Source: Heterodontus francisci (Eukaryota). From it: 64,000 bases of DNA. Positions 49,938-63,400 of this stretch are shown piece by piece. The notes under the pieces are model-generated. The model was given only the letters and a program-made list of their open reading frames with translations. It ran no database searches and was not told the origin of the DNA. Position 1 is the first letter of the stretch; each line of letters starts with the position of its first letter. A program made the position numbers and the translations under genes. The stretch covers positions 13,927,344 to 13,991,343 of the forward strand of contig NC_090417.1 in the NCBI RefSeq assembly GCF_036365525.1, written 5' to 3'.

Positions 49938-50858
49938 ATGGCAGCCAGGGGAGTGCAGTGCTCCTCCTGCAGTATGTTCGAGGTGAGGGGAACCTCCGGT
50001 GACCCTGCCGACTTCACCTGCTGGAAGTGCATCCGTCTCCAGCTCCTATCAGACCGTGTTAGGGAACTGGAGCTGGAGCTGGATGAACTGAGGATCATTC
50101 GGGAAGCTGAGGGGGTGATAGATAGAAGCTACAGGGATGTCGTTACTCCACAAAACAAAGGCAGCTGGGTAACAGTTAGAGGTGGGAAGAGGTCAGTGCA
50201 GGGATCTCCTGTGGTCGTTCCCCTCAGCAACAAGTATACAGTTTTAGATACTGTTGGGGGGGACGGCCTATCGGGGGCAGGCTGCAGTGAACGGGCCTCT
50301 GGCACGGGGTCCTGCACTGTGGCTCAGAAGGGAAGGAGGGAAAATGGGAGAGCACTAGTCATCGGGGACTCGATGGTGAGGAGTACGGACAGGCGGTTCT
50401 GTGGGCGCAAGCGAGACGCACGGATGGTTTGCTGCCTCCCTGGTGCCAGGGTCCGTGATGTTTGTGATCGCGTCTTCAGGATCCTTAAAGGGGAGGGGGA
50501 GCAGCCAGAGGTCGTGGTGCACATTGGCACCAACGACGTAGGAAGGAAGGGTGGCACAGATGTTAGAAGTGAGTTTAGGGAGTTAGGCTGGAAGCTGAAA
50601 GCTCGGACGGACAGAGTTGTTATCTCTGGTTTGTTGCCGGCGCCACGTGATAGTGAGGCTAGGAATAGGGAGAGAGCACAGCTGAACACGTGGCTGCAGG
50701 AATGGTGTAGGAGGGAGGGCTTCCAGTTCTTGGATAATTGGACTGCATTCTGGGGAAGATGGGACCTGTTCAAACAGGACGGGCTGCATCTGAACCAGAG
50801 GGGCACCAATATCCTGGGAGGGAGGTTTGCTAGTACTGTTCGGGAGGGTTTAAACTAG
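49938..50858 (+). CDS. CR1 ORF1p: CxxC...CxxC zinc finger, coiled coil, SGNH/GDSL esterase-like domain
   Basis: CSSC...CWKC, LSDRVRELELELDEL, IGDS, GA, HIGTND and DGLH blocks. 306 aa, intact. Confidence 0.95.
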   Translation: MAARGVQCSSCSMFEVRGTSGDPADFTCWKCIRLQLLSDRVRELELELDELRIIREAEGVIDRSYRDVVTPQNKGSWVTVRGGKRSVQGSPVVVPLSNKYTVLDTVGGDGLSGAGCSERASGTGSCTVAQKGRRENGRALVIGDSMVRSTDRRFCGRKRDARMVCCLPGARVRDVCDRVFRILKGEGEQPEVVVHIGTNDVGRKGGTDVRSEFRELGWKLKARTDRVVISGLLPAPRDSEARNRERAQLNTWLQEWCRREGFQFLDNWTAFWGRWDLFKQDGLHLNQRGTNILGGRFASTVREGLN

Positions 50859-53748
50859 TTTGGGAGGGGGATGGGAACCGGACTTGTAGTCCAGGGACCA
50901 GTGGGTCCACTCAGAAAGACAAAGAGTGTAGTGAGGTATTGGGGAAGGTAGCACTGTCGCAGAGGACAGATGGGCACGGAGAAGGGTTAAAGTGCGTATA
51001 CTTCAACGCAAGAAGCATCAGGAATAAGGTGAGTGAATTGAAGGCGTGGATGGGCACTTGGGACTACGATGTTGTGGCCATCACTGAAACGTGGATAGGT
51101 GAGGGGGAGGAATGGTTCTTGGAGGTACCTGGTTATAGATGTTTTCATAAGATTAGGAATGGTGGTAAAAGAGGTGGGGGGGTGGCATTGTTAGTTAGAA
51201 ATAGTGTAACAACTGCTGAAAGAATTTTCGAGGAGGATCTGCCGACTGAGGCACTGTGGGTTGAGGTCAGGAACAGGAAAGGAGCAGTCACCTTGATGGG
51301 AGTTTTCTATCGGCCCCCCAATAGCAGCAGGGAGGTGGAAGAGCAGATTGGGAAACAGATTTTGGAAAGGAGCAGAAGTCACAGGGTAGTAATTATGGGG
51401 GATTTCAACTTCCCAAATATTGATTGGCAACTCTTTAGATCGAATAGTTTGGATGGGGTAGTGTTTGTGCAGTATGTCCAGGAAGCTTTTCTGACTCAGT
51501 ATGTAGACTGCCCGACCAGAGGGGAGGCAATATTGGATTTGGTACTAGGTAATGAACCAGGGCAAGTGATAGAGCTGTTGGTGGGCGAGCACTTTGGAGA
51601 TAGTGATCACAATTCTGTAGCATTCACTGTGGTAATGGAGAGGGATAGGTATGTGCAACAGGGCAAGGTTTACAATTGGGGGAAGGGTAGATATGATGCT
51701 GTCAGGCAGGAACTGAGGAGCATAAGTTGGGAGCATATGCTGGCAGGGAAGGGCACGGTCGAAATGTGGAACTTTTTCAAGGAGCAGATAGTAGGGGCCA
51801 TTGATAAGCATGTCCCTGTCAGACAGGGAAGGGATGGTCATGTGAGGGAACCGTGGTTGACAAGAGAGGTTGAGAGTCTTGTTAGGAAGAAGAAGGATGC
51901 GTATATAAGGTTGAGGAAAAAGGGCACAGGCATAGCTCTGGAGGGATACAAGATGGCCAGGAAGGATCTGAAGAAAGGGATTAGGAGAGCTAAGAGAGGG
52001 CATGAAAAATGCTTGGCGGGTAGGATAAAAGAAAACCCCAAGGCCTTTTACGCGTATGTCAGAAATATGAGGATGACTAGGGGACCGTAGGTCCGGTCAA
52101 GGACAATAGCGGGAGACTGTGTGTTGAGCCGGAAGAGATAAGTGAGGTTTTGAATGAGTACTTCTCTTCGGTATTTACGAATGAGAAGGGGTGTATTACT
52201 GAAGAGGACGGTGTGAAACAGACTGGTAAGCTCGAGGAAGTGCTCGTTAGGAGGGAAGATGTGTTGGGGTTTTTGAATAACTTGAAGATAGACAAGTCTC
52301 CCGGGCCTGACGGGGTATATCCAAGGATGTTATGGGAAGCAAGGGATGAAATTGCAGAGCCGCTGGCAATGATCTTTTCATCTTCTCTGTTGACGGGGGT
52401 GGTACCAGGTGATTGGAGGGTGGCAAATGTTGTGCCCCTGTTCAAGAAAGGAAATAGGAACAACCCTGGGAATTACAGGCCAGTTAGTCTTACTTCGGTG
52501 GTAGGCAAGTTGATGGAAAAGGTGCTGAGGGATAGGATTTCTGAGCATCTGGAAAGACAATGCTTGATTCGGGACAGTCAGCACGGTTTTGTGAGGGGTA
52601 GGTCTTGCCTCACAAGCCTGATTGAATTCTTTGAGCAGGTGACCAAGCAAGTGGATGAGGGTAAACCAGTGGATGTGGTGTACATGGATTTTAGTAAGGC
52701 ATTTGATAAGGTCCCCCATGGTAGACTTATGGAGAAAGTCAGGAGGCATGGGATAGTGGGGAATGTGGCCAGTTGGATTAAGAATTGGCTAACTGATAGA
52801 AGGCAGAGAGTGGTCTTAGATGGTAAATACTCAGCCTGGAGCCCAGTTACCAGTGGCGTGCCACAGGGATCAGTTCTGGGTCCTCTCCTGTTTGTGATTT
52901 TTATTAACGACTTGGATGAGGAAGTCGAAGGGTGGGTCAGTAAATTTGCAGATGATACAAAGGTTGGTGGAGTTGTGGATACCGAGGAGGGCTATTGTCG
53001 TCTGCAAAGGGACTTGGATAGGTTGCAGTGCTGGGCTGAAAAGTGGCAGATGGAGTTTAACCCTGAAAAGTGTGAGGTCGTCCATTTTGGAAGGACAAAC
53101 ACGAATGCAAAATACTGGGTTAACGGTAGGGTTCTTGGGCATGTGGAGGAGCAGAGAGACCTTGGGGTCTATGTGCATAGATCGTTGAAAGTTGCAACTC
53201 AAGTGGATAGGGCTGTGAAGAAGGCATATGGGGTGTTAGCGTTCATTAGCAGAGGGATTGAATTTAAGAGCCGTGAGGTGATGATGCAGCTGTACAGGAC
53301 CTTGGTAAGGCCTCATTTGGAGTACTGTGTGCAGTTCTGGTCGCCTCATTTTAGGAAGGATGTGGAAGCCTTGGAGAGGGTGCAGAGGAGATTTACCAGG
53401 ATGTTGCCTGGAATGGAGAATAAGTCTTACGAGGAAAGGCTGAACATTCTAGGCCTCTTCTCATTAGAACGGAGAAGGATGAGGGGTGACATGATAGAGG
53501 TTTATAAGATGATCAGGGGAATAGATAGGGTAGACAGTCAGAAACTTTTTCCCCGGGTGGAGCAAAGCGTTACAAGGGGTCATAAATTTAAGGTGAAGGG
53601 TGGGAGATATAAGGGGGATGTCAGGGGAAGGTTCTTTACCCAGAGAGTGGTCGGGGCATGGAATGCCTTGCCTGGGGAAGTTGTTGAGTCAGAAACTTTA
53701 GGGACTTTCAAACGGCTTTTAGATAGGTATATGGATAAAGGAGAATGA
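50849..53748 (+). CDS. CR1 ORF2p (APE endonuclease and reverse transcriptase), split by one missing base at 52080-52083
   Basis: YFNARS, ITETW, YRPPN, GDFN, SDHN (endonuclease); [34 protein letters not shown] (RT). The frame is open from 50834, with no ATG before the endonuclease motifs. Confidence 0.93.
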
Positions 53749-53853
53749 TGGGGTATAGATTAAATTGTCCTTGACAGAGGACAAAGGATCGGCACAACAT
53801 CGTGGGCCGAAGGGCCTGTTCTGTGCTGTATTTTTCTATGTTCTATGTTCTAT

Positions 53854-54364
53854 CCCCCCTAAACATTTCCCCTTTCACTTTGAACTCGTGTCCTCTAGTA
53901 ATTGAAACCCCCACTCTGGGAAAAAGCCTCTTGCTATCCACTCTGTCTATACCTCTCATGATTTTGTACACCTCAATCAGGTCCCCCCTCAACCTCCGTC
54001 TTTCTAATGAAAATAATCCTAATCTACTCAACCTCTCTTCATAGCTAGCGCCCTCCATACCAGGCAACATCCTGGTGAACCTCCTCTGCACCCTCTCCAA
54101 AGCATCCACATCCTTTTGATAATGTGGCGACCAGAACTGCACGCAGTATTCCAAATGTGGCCGAACCAAAGTCCTATACAACTGTAACATGACCTGCCAA
54201 CTCTTGTACTCAATGCCCCGTCCGATGAAGGAAAGCATGCCGTATGCCTTCTTGACCACTCTATTTACCTGCGTTGCCACCTTCAGGGAACAGTGGACCT
54301 GAACACCCAAATCTCTCTGGACATCAATTTTCCCCAGGACTTTTCCATTTACTTGATAGTTCAC
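53854..54364 (-). mobile_element. 5'-truncated CR1, right portion of the host element
   Basis: Uninterrupted QRDLGVQVH...LVRPHLEYCVQFWSPHYQKD frame. Confidence 0.93.
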
Positions 54365-54452
54365 TCACAGGGCAAGAGACGGGAGAGGCCATGGAGGGAT
54401 TTGAAAACAAGGATGTATATTTTTAAATCAAGACATTGCTTGACCGGGAGCC

Positions 54453-57400
54453 AACGTCAGTCAGCGAACGCAGGGGTGACAGGGGAACGGGACATGGTGT
54501 GTGTTAATGTAGGTCAGTGAGTACAGGGGTGATAGGGGAATGGGACTTGGTGTGTGTTAATGTAGGTCAGTGAGGACAGGGGTGATAGGGGAACGGGACT
54601 TGGTGTGTGTTAATGTAGGTCAGTGAGTACAGGGGTGATAGGGGAATGGGACTTGGTGTGTGTTAATGTAGGTCAGTGAGCACAGGGGTGATAGGGGAAT
54701 GGGACTTGGTGTGTGTTAATGTAGGTCAGTGAGTACAGGGGTGATAGGGGAATGGGACTTGGTGTGTGTTAATGTAGGTCAGTGAGTACAGGGGTGACAG
54801 GGGAACGGGACTTGGTGTGTGTTAATGTCGGTCAGTGATTACAGGGGTGATAGGGGAATGGGACTTGGTGTGTGTTAATGTTGGTCAGTGAGCACAGGAG
54901 TGATAGGGGAACGGGACATGGTGTGTGTTAATGTAGGTCAGTGAGCACAGGGGTGATAGGGGAACGGGACTTGGTGTGTGTTAATGTAGGTCAGTGAGTA
55001 CAGGGGTGATAGGGGAATGGGACTTGGTGTGTGTTAATGTTGGTCAGTGAGTACAGGGGTGATAGGGGAACGTGTCTTGGTGTGTGTTAATGTAGGTCAG
55101 TGAGTACAGGGGTGATAGGGGAACGGGACTTGGTGTGTGTTAATGTAGGTCAGTGAGTACAGGGGTGATAGGGGAATGGGACTTGGTGTGTGTTAATGTA
55201 GGTCAGTGAGCACAGGGGTGATAGGGGAATGGGACTTGGTGTGTGTTAATGTAGGTCAGTGAGTACAGGGGTGATAGGGGAATGGGACTTGGTGTGTGTT
55301 AATGTAGGTCAGTGATTACAGGGGTGATAGGGGAATGGGACTTGGTGTGTGTTAATGTTGGTCAGTGAGCACAGGAGTGATAGGGGAACGGGACATGGTG
55401 TGTGTTAATGTAGGTCAGTGAGCACAGGGGTGATAGGGGAACGGGACTTGGTGTGTGTTAATGTAGGTCAGTGAGTACAGGGGTGATAGGGGAATGGGAC
55501 TTGGTGTGTGTTAATGTTGGTCAGTGAGTACAGGGGTGATAGGGGAATGGGACTTGGTGTGTGTTAATGTAGGTCAGTGAGTACAGGGGTGATAGGGGAA
55601 AGGAACTTGGTGTGTGTTAATGTAGGTCAGTGAGTACAGGGGTGATAGGGGAACGGGACTTGGTGTGTGTTAATATAGGTCAGTGAGTACAGGGGTGATA
55701 GGGGAAGGGGACTTGGTGTGTGTTAATGTAGGTCAGTGAGTACAGGGGTGATAGGGGAATGGGACTTGGTGTGTGTTAATGTTGGTCAGTGAGCACAGGA
55801 GTGATAGGGGAACGGGACTTGGTGTGTGTTAATGTAGGTCAGTGAGTACAGGGGTGATTGGGGAACGGGACTTGGTGTGTGTTAATGTAGGTCAGTGAGT
55901 ACAGGAGTGATAGGGGAACGGGACTTGGTGTGTGTTAATATAGGTCAGTGAGCACAGGGGTGATAGGGGAACGGGACTTGGTGTGTGTTAATGTCGGTCA
56001 GTGAGTACAGGGGTGATAGGGGAATGGGACATGGTGTGTGTTAATGTAGGTCAGTGAGCACAGGGGTGATAGGGGAACGGGACTTGGTGTGTGTTAATGT
56101 AGGTCAGTGAGTACAGGGGTGATTGGGGAACGGGACTTGGTGTGTGTTAATGTAGGTCAGTGAGTACAGGGGTGATAGGGGAATGGGACTTGGTGTGTGT
56201 TAATGTAGGTCAGTGAGTACAGGGGTGATAGGGGAACGGGACTTGGTGTGTGTTAATGTCGGTCAGTGAGTACAGGAGTGATAGGGGAACGGGACTTGGT
56301 GTGTGTTAATATAGGTCAGTGAGCACAGGGGTGATAGGGGAACGGGACTTGGTGTGTGTTAATGTCGGTCAGTGAGTACAGGGGTGATAGGGGAATGGGA
56401 CATGGTGTGTGTTAATGTAGGTCAGTGAGCACAGGGGTGATAGGGGAACGGGACTTGGTGTGTGTTAATGTAGGTCAGTGAGTACAGGGGTGATAGGGGA
56501 ATGGGACTTGGTGTGTGTTAATGTTGGTCAGTGAGTACAGGGGTGATAGGGGAATGGGACTTGGTGTGTGTTAATGTAGGTCAGTGAGTACAGGGGTGAT
56601 AGGGGAAAGGAACTTGGTGTGTGTTAATGTAGGTCAGTGAGTACAGGGGTGATAGGGGAACGGGACTTGGTGTGTGTTAATGTAGGTCAGTGAGTACAGG
56701 GGTTATAGGGGAACGGGACTTGGTGTGTGTTAATATAGGTCAGTGAGTACAGGGGTGATAGGGGAAGGGGACTTATTGTGTGTTAATGTAGGTCAGTGAG
56801 TACAGGGGTGATAGGGGAATGGGACTTGGTGTGTGTTAATGTTGGTCAGTGAGCACAGGAGTGATAGGGGAATGGGACTTGGTGTGTGTTAATGTTGGTC
56901 AGTGAGTACAGGGGTGATAGGGGAATGGGACTTGGTGTGTGTTAATGTAGGTCAGTGAGGACAGGGGTGATAGGGGAAAGGAACTTGGTGTGTGTTAATG
57001 TAGGTCAGTGAGCACAGGGGTGATAGGGGAACGGGACTTGGTGTGTGTTAATGTAGGTCAGTGAGGACAGGGGTGATAGGGGAAAGGAACTTGGTGTGTG
57101 TTAATGTAGGTCAGTGAGTACAGGGGTGATAGGGGAATGGGACTTGGTGTGTGTTAATGTCGGTCAGTGAGTACAGGGGTGATAGAGGAACGGGTCTTGG
57201 TGTGTGTTAATATAGGTCAGTGAGAACAGGGGTGATAGGGGAACGGGACTTGGTGTGTGTTAATATAGGTCAGTGAGCACAGGGGTGATAGGGGAAAGGG
57301 ACTTGGTGTGTGTTAATGTAGGTCAGTGAGCACAGGGGTGATAGGGGAATGGGACTTGGTGTGTGTTAATGTAGGTCAGTGAGTACAGGGGTGATAGGGG

Positions 57401-60400
57401 AATGGGACTTGGTGTGTGTTAATGTAGGTCAGTGAGTACAGGGGTGACAGGGGAACGGGACTTGGTGTGTGTTAATGTCGGTCAGTGATTACAGGGGTGA
57501 TAGGGGAATGGGACTTGGTGTGTGTTAATGTTGGTCAGTGAGCACAGGAGTGATAGGGGAACGGGACATGGTGTGTGTTAATGTAGGTCAGTGAGCACAG
57601 GGGTGATAGGGGAACGGGACTTGGTGTGTGTTAATGTAGGTCAGTGAGTACAGGGGTGATAGGGGAATGGGACTTGGTGTGTGTTAATGTTGGTCAGTGA
57701 GTACAGGGGTGATAGGGGAAAGGAACTTGGTGTGTGTTAATGTAGGTCAGTGAGTACAGGGGTGATAGGGGAACGGGACTTGGTGTGTGTTAATGTAGGT
57801 CAGTGAGCACAGGGGTGATAGGGGAACGGGACTTGGTGTGTGTTAATGTAGGTCAGTGAGTACAGGGGTGATAGGGGAATGGGACTTGGTGTGTGTTAAT
57901 GTTGGTCAGTGAGTACAGGGGTGATAGGGGAATGGGACTTGGTGTGTGTTAATGTAGGTCAGTGAGTACAGGGGTGATAGGGGAAAGGAACTTGGTGTAT
58001 GTTAATGTAGGTCAGTGAGTACAGGGGTGATAGGGGAACGGGACTTGGTGTGTGTTAATGTAGGTCAGTGAGTACAGGGGTTATAGGGGAACGGGACTTG
58101 GTGTGTGTTAATATAGGTCAGTGAGTACAGGGGTGATAGGGGAAGGGGACTTGGTGTGTGTTAATGTAGGTCAGTGAGTACAGGGGTGATAGGGGAATGG
58201 GACTTGGTGTGTGTTAATGTTGGTCAGTGAGCACAGGAGTGATAGGGGAACGGGACTTGGTGTGTGTTAATGTAGGTCAGTGAGTACAGGGGTGATAGGG
58301 GAACGGGACTTGGTGTGTGTTAATATAGGTCAGTGAGCACAGGGGTGATAGGGGAATGGGACATGGTGTGTGTTAATGTAGGTCAGTGAGCACAGGGGTG
58401 ATAGGGGAACGGGACTTGGTGTGTGTTAATGTAGGTCAGTGAGTACAGGGGTGATAGGGGAATGGGACTTGGTGTGTGTTAATGTTGGTCAGTGAGTACA
58501 GGGGTGATAGGGGAATGGGACTTGGTGTGTGTTAATGTAGGTCAGTGAGTACAGGGGTGATAGGGGAAAGGAACTTGGTGTGTGTTAATGTAGGTCAGTG
58601 AGTACAGGGGTGATAGGGGAACGGGACTTGGTGTGTGTTAATGTAGGTCAGTGAGTACAGGGGTTATAGGGGAACGGGACTTGGTGTGTGTTAATATAGG
58701 TCAGTGAGTACAGGGGTGATAGGGGAAGGGGACTTATTGTGTGTTAATGTAGGTCAGTGAGTACAGGGGTGATAGGGGAATGGGACTTGGTGTGTGTTAA
58801 TGTTGGTCAGTGAGCACAGGAGTGATAGGGGAATGGGACTTGGTGTGTGTTAATGTTGGTCAGTGAGTACAGGGGTGATAGGGGAATGGGACTTGGTGTG
58901 TGTTAATGTAGGTCAGTGAGGACAGGGGTGATAGGGGAAAGGAACTTGGTGTGTGTTAATGTAGGTCAGTGAGCACAGGGGTGATAGGGGAACGGGACTT
59001 GGTGTGTGTTAATGTAGGTCAGTGAGGACAGGGGTGATAGGGGAAAGGAGCTTGGTGTGTGTTAATGTAGGTCAGTGAGCACAGGGGTTATAGGGAAACG
59101 GGACTTGGTGTGTGTTAATGTAGGTCAGTGAGTACAGGGGTGATAGGGGAATGGGACTTGGTGTGTGTTAATGTCGGTCAGTGAGTACAGGGGTGATAGG
59201 GGAACGGGACTTGGTGTGTGTTAATGTAGGTCAGTGAGTACAGGGGTGATAGGGGAAAGGAACTTGGTGTGTGTTAATGTAGGTCAGTGAGTACAGGGGT
59301 GATAGGGGAACGGGACTTGGTGTGTGTTAATGTAGGTCAGTGAGTACAGGGGTTATAGGGGAACGGGACTTGGTGTGTGTTAATATAGGTCAGTGAGTAC
59401 AGGGGTGATAGGGGAAGGGGACTTGGTGTGTGTTAATGTAGGTCAGTGAGTACAGGGGTGATAGGGGAAGGGGACTTGGTGTGTGTTAATGTAGGTCAGT
59501 GAGCACAGGGGTGATAGGGGAACGGGACTTGGTGTGTGTTAATGTAGGTCAGTGAGTACAGGGGTGATAGGGGAACGGGACTTGGTGTGTGTTAATATAG
59601 GTCAGTGAGTACAGGGGTGATAGGGGAATGGGACTTGGTGTGTGTTAATGTAGGTCAGTGAGCACAGGGGTGATAGGGGAACGGGACTTGGTGTGTGTTA
59701 ATGTAGGTCAGTGAGCACAGGGGTGATAGGGGAACGGGACTTGGTGTGTGTTAATGTAGGTCAGTGAGTACAGGGGTGATAGGGGAATGGGACTTGGTGT
59801 GTGTTAATGTTGGTCAGTGAGTACAGGGGTGATAGGGGAAAGGAACTTGGTGTGTGTTAATGTAGGTCAGTGAGTACAGGGGTGATAGGGGAACGGGACT
59901 TGGTGTGTGTTAATGTAGGTCAGTGAGCACAGGGGTGATAGGGGAACGGGACTTGGTGTGTGTTAATGTAGGTCAGTGAGTACAGGGGTGATAGGGGAAT
60001 GGGACTTGGTGTGTGTTAATGTTGGTCAGTGAGTACAGGGGTGATAGGGGAATGGGACTTGGTGTGTGTTAATGTAGGTCAGTGAGTACAGGGGTGATAG
60101 GGGAAAGGAACTTGGTGTGTGTTAATGTAGGTCAGTGAGTACAGGGGTGATAGGGGAATGACACTTGGTGTGTGTTAATGTAGGTCAGTGAGTACAGGAG
60201 TTATAGGGGAACGGGACTTGGTGTGTGTTAATATAGGTCAGTGAGTACAGGGGTGATAGGGGAAGGGGACTTGGTGTGTGTTAATGTAGGTCAGTGAGTA
60301 CAGGGGTGATAGGGGAATGGGACTTGGTGTGTGTTAATGTTGGTCAGTGAGCACAGGAGTGATAGGGGAACGGGACATGGTGTGTGTTAATGTAGGTCAG

Positions 60401-63400
60401 TGAGTACAGGGGTGATAGGGGAATGGGACTTGGTGTGTGTTAATGTTGGTCAGTGAGTACAGGGGTGATAGGGGAATGGGACTTGGTGTGTGTTAATGTA
60501 GGTCAGTGAGTACAGGGGTGATAGGGGAAAGGAACTTGGTGTGTGTTAATGTAGGTCAGTGAGTACAGGGGTGATAGGGGAACGGGACTTGGTGTGTGTT
60601 AATGTAGGTCAGTGAGTACAGGGGTTATAGGGGAACGGGACTTGGTGTGTGTTAATATAGGTCAGTGAGTACAGGGGTGATAGGGGAAGGGGACTTGGTG
60701 TGTGTTAATGTAGGTCAGTGAGTACAGGGGTGATAGGGGAATGGGACTTGGTGTGTGTTAATGTAGGTCAGTGAGTACAGGGGTGATAGGGGAACGGGAC
60801 TTGGTGTGTGTTAATGTAGGTCAGTGAGTACAGGGGTGATAGGGGAATGGGACTTGGTGTGTGTTAATGTAGGTCAGTGAGTACAGGGGTGATAGGGGAA
60901 CGGGACTTGGTGTGTGTTAATGTAGGTCAGTGATTACAGGGGTGATAGGGGAATGGGACTTGGTGTGTGTTAATGTTGGTCAGTGAGCACAGGGATGATA
61001 GGGGAACGGGACTTGGTGTGTGTTAATGTAGGTCAGTGAGTACAGGGGTGATAGGGGAACGGGTCTTGGTGTGTGTTAATGTTGGTCAGTGAGTACAGGG
61101 GTGATAGAGGAACGGGTCTTGGTGTGTGTTAATATAGGTCAGTGAGCACAGGGGTGATAGGGGAACGGGACTTGGTGTGTGTTAATATAGGTCAGTGAGC
61201 ACAGGGGTGATAGGGGAAAGGGACTTGGTGTGTGTTAATGTAGGTCAGTGAGTACAGGGGTGATAGGGGAACGGGACTTGGTGTGTGTTAATGTAGGTCA
61301 GTGAGTACAGGGGTGATAGGGGAACGGGTCTTGGTGTGTGTTAATATAGGTCAGTGAGTACAGGGGGTGATAGGGGAATGGGACTTGGTGTGTGTTAATG
61401 TCGGTCAGTGAGTACAGGGGTGATTGGGGAACGGGACTTGGTGTGTGTTAATGTCGGTCAGTGAGCACAGGAGTGATAGGGGAACGGGACTTGGTGTGTG
61501 TTAATGTAGGTCAGTGAGTACAGGGGTGATAGGGGAACGGGACTTGGTGTGTGTTAATATAGGTCAGTGAGCACAGGGGTGATAGGGGAACGGGACTTGG
61601 TGTGTGTTAATGTCGGTCAGTGAGTACAGGGGTGATAGGGGAATGGGACATGGTGTGTGTTAATGTAGGTCAGTGAGCACAGGGGTGATAGGGGAACGGG
61701 ACTTGGTGTGTGTTAATGTAGGTCAGTGAGTACAGGGGTGATAGGGGAATGGGACTTGGTGTGTGTTAATGTTGGTCAGTGAGTACAGGGGTGATAGGGG
61801 AATGGGACTTGGTGTGTGTTAATGTAGGTCAGTGAGTACAGGGGTGATAGGGGAAAGGAACTTGGTGTGTGTTAATGTAGGTCAGTGAGTACAGGGGTGA
61901 TAGGGGAACGGGACTTGGTGTGTGTTAATGTAGGTCAGTGAGTACAGGGGTTATAGGGGAACGGGACTTGGTGTGTGTTAATATAGGTCAGTGAGTACAG
62001 GGGTGATAGGGGAAGGGGACTTATTGTGTGTTAATGTAGGTCAGTGAGTACAGGGGTGATAGGGGAATGGGACTTGGTGTGTGTTAATGTTGGTCAGTGA
62101 GCACAGGAGTGATAGGGGAATGGGACTTGGTGTGTGTTAATGTTGGTCAGTGAGTACAGGGGTGATAGGGGAATGGGACTTGGTGTGTGTTAATGTAGGT
62201 CAGTGAGGACAGGGGTGATAGGGGAAAGGAACTTGGTGTGTGTTAATGTAGGTCAGTGAGCACAGGGGTGATAGGGGAACGGGACTTGGTGTGTGTTAAT
62301 GTAGGTCAGTGAGGACAGGGGTGATAGGGGAAAGGAGCTTGGTGTGTGTTAATGTAGGTCAGTGAGCACAGGGGTTATAGGGGAACGGGACTTGGTGTGT
62401 GTTAATGTAGGTCAGTGAGTACAGGGGTGATAGGGGAATGGGACTTGGTGTGTGTTAATGTCGGTCAGTGAGTACAGGGGTGATAGGGGAACGGGACTTG
62501 GTGTGTGTTAATGTAGGTCAGTGAGTACAGGGGTGATAGGGGAAAGGAACTTGGTGTGTGTTAATGTAGGTCAGTGAGTACAGGGGTGATAGGGGAACGG
62601 GACCTGGTGTGTGTTAATGTAGGTCAGTGAGTACAGGGGTTATAGGGGAACGGGACTTGGTGTGTGTTAATATAGGTCAGTGAGTACAGGGGTGATAGGG
62701 GAAGGGGACTTGGTGTGTGTTAATGTAGGTCAGTGAGTACAGGGGTGATAGGGGAAGGGGACTTGGTGTGTGTTAATGTAGGTCAGTGAGTACAGGGGTG
62801 ATAGGGGAATGGGACTTGGTGTGTGTTAATGTAGGTCAGTGAGCACAGGGGTGATAGGGGAACGGGACTTGGTGTGTGTTAATGTAGGTCAGTGAGCACA
62901 GGGGTGATAGGGGAATGGGACTTGGTGTGTGTTAATGTAGGTCAGTGAGTACAGGGGTGATAGGGGAATGGGACTTGGTGTGTGTTAATGTTGGTCAGTG
63001 AGTACAGGGGTGATAGGGGAATGGGACTTGGTGTGTGTTAATGTTGGTCAGTGAGTACAGGGGTGATAGGGGAATGGGACTTGGTGTGTGTTAATGTAGG
63101 TCAGTGAGTACAGGGGTGATAGGGGAAAGGAACTTGGTGTGTGTTAATGTAGGTCAGTGAGTACAGGGGTGATAGGGGAATGACACTTGGTGTGTGTTAA
63201 TGTAGGTCAGTGAGCACAGGGGTGATAGGGGAATGGGACTTGGTGTGTGTTAATGTTGGTCAGTGAGTACAGGGGTGATAGGGGAATGGGACTTGGTGTG
63301 TGTTAATGTAGGTCAGTGAGTACAGGGGTGATAGGGGAAAGGAACTTGGTGTGTGTTAATGTAGGTCAGTGAGTACAGGGGTGATAGGGGAATGACACTT

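Larger units (their letters stand above)
49578..53853 (+). mobile_element. Full-length, young CR1 LINE (~4.3 kb): 5'UTR, ORF1, ORF2, (TTCTATG)n tail
   Basis: Complete ORF1, and an ORF2 with a single 1-nt lesion. 3' tail gggccgaagggcctgttctgtgctgtatttttctatgttctatgttctat. The 5' boundary is approximate. Confidence 0.97.
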
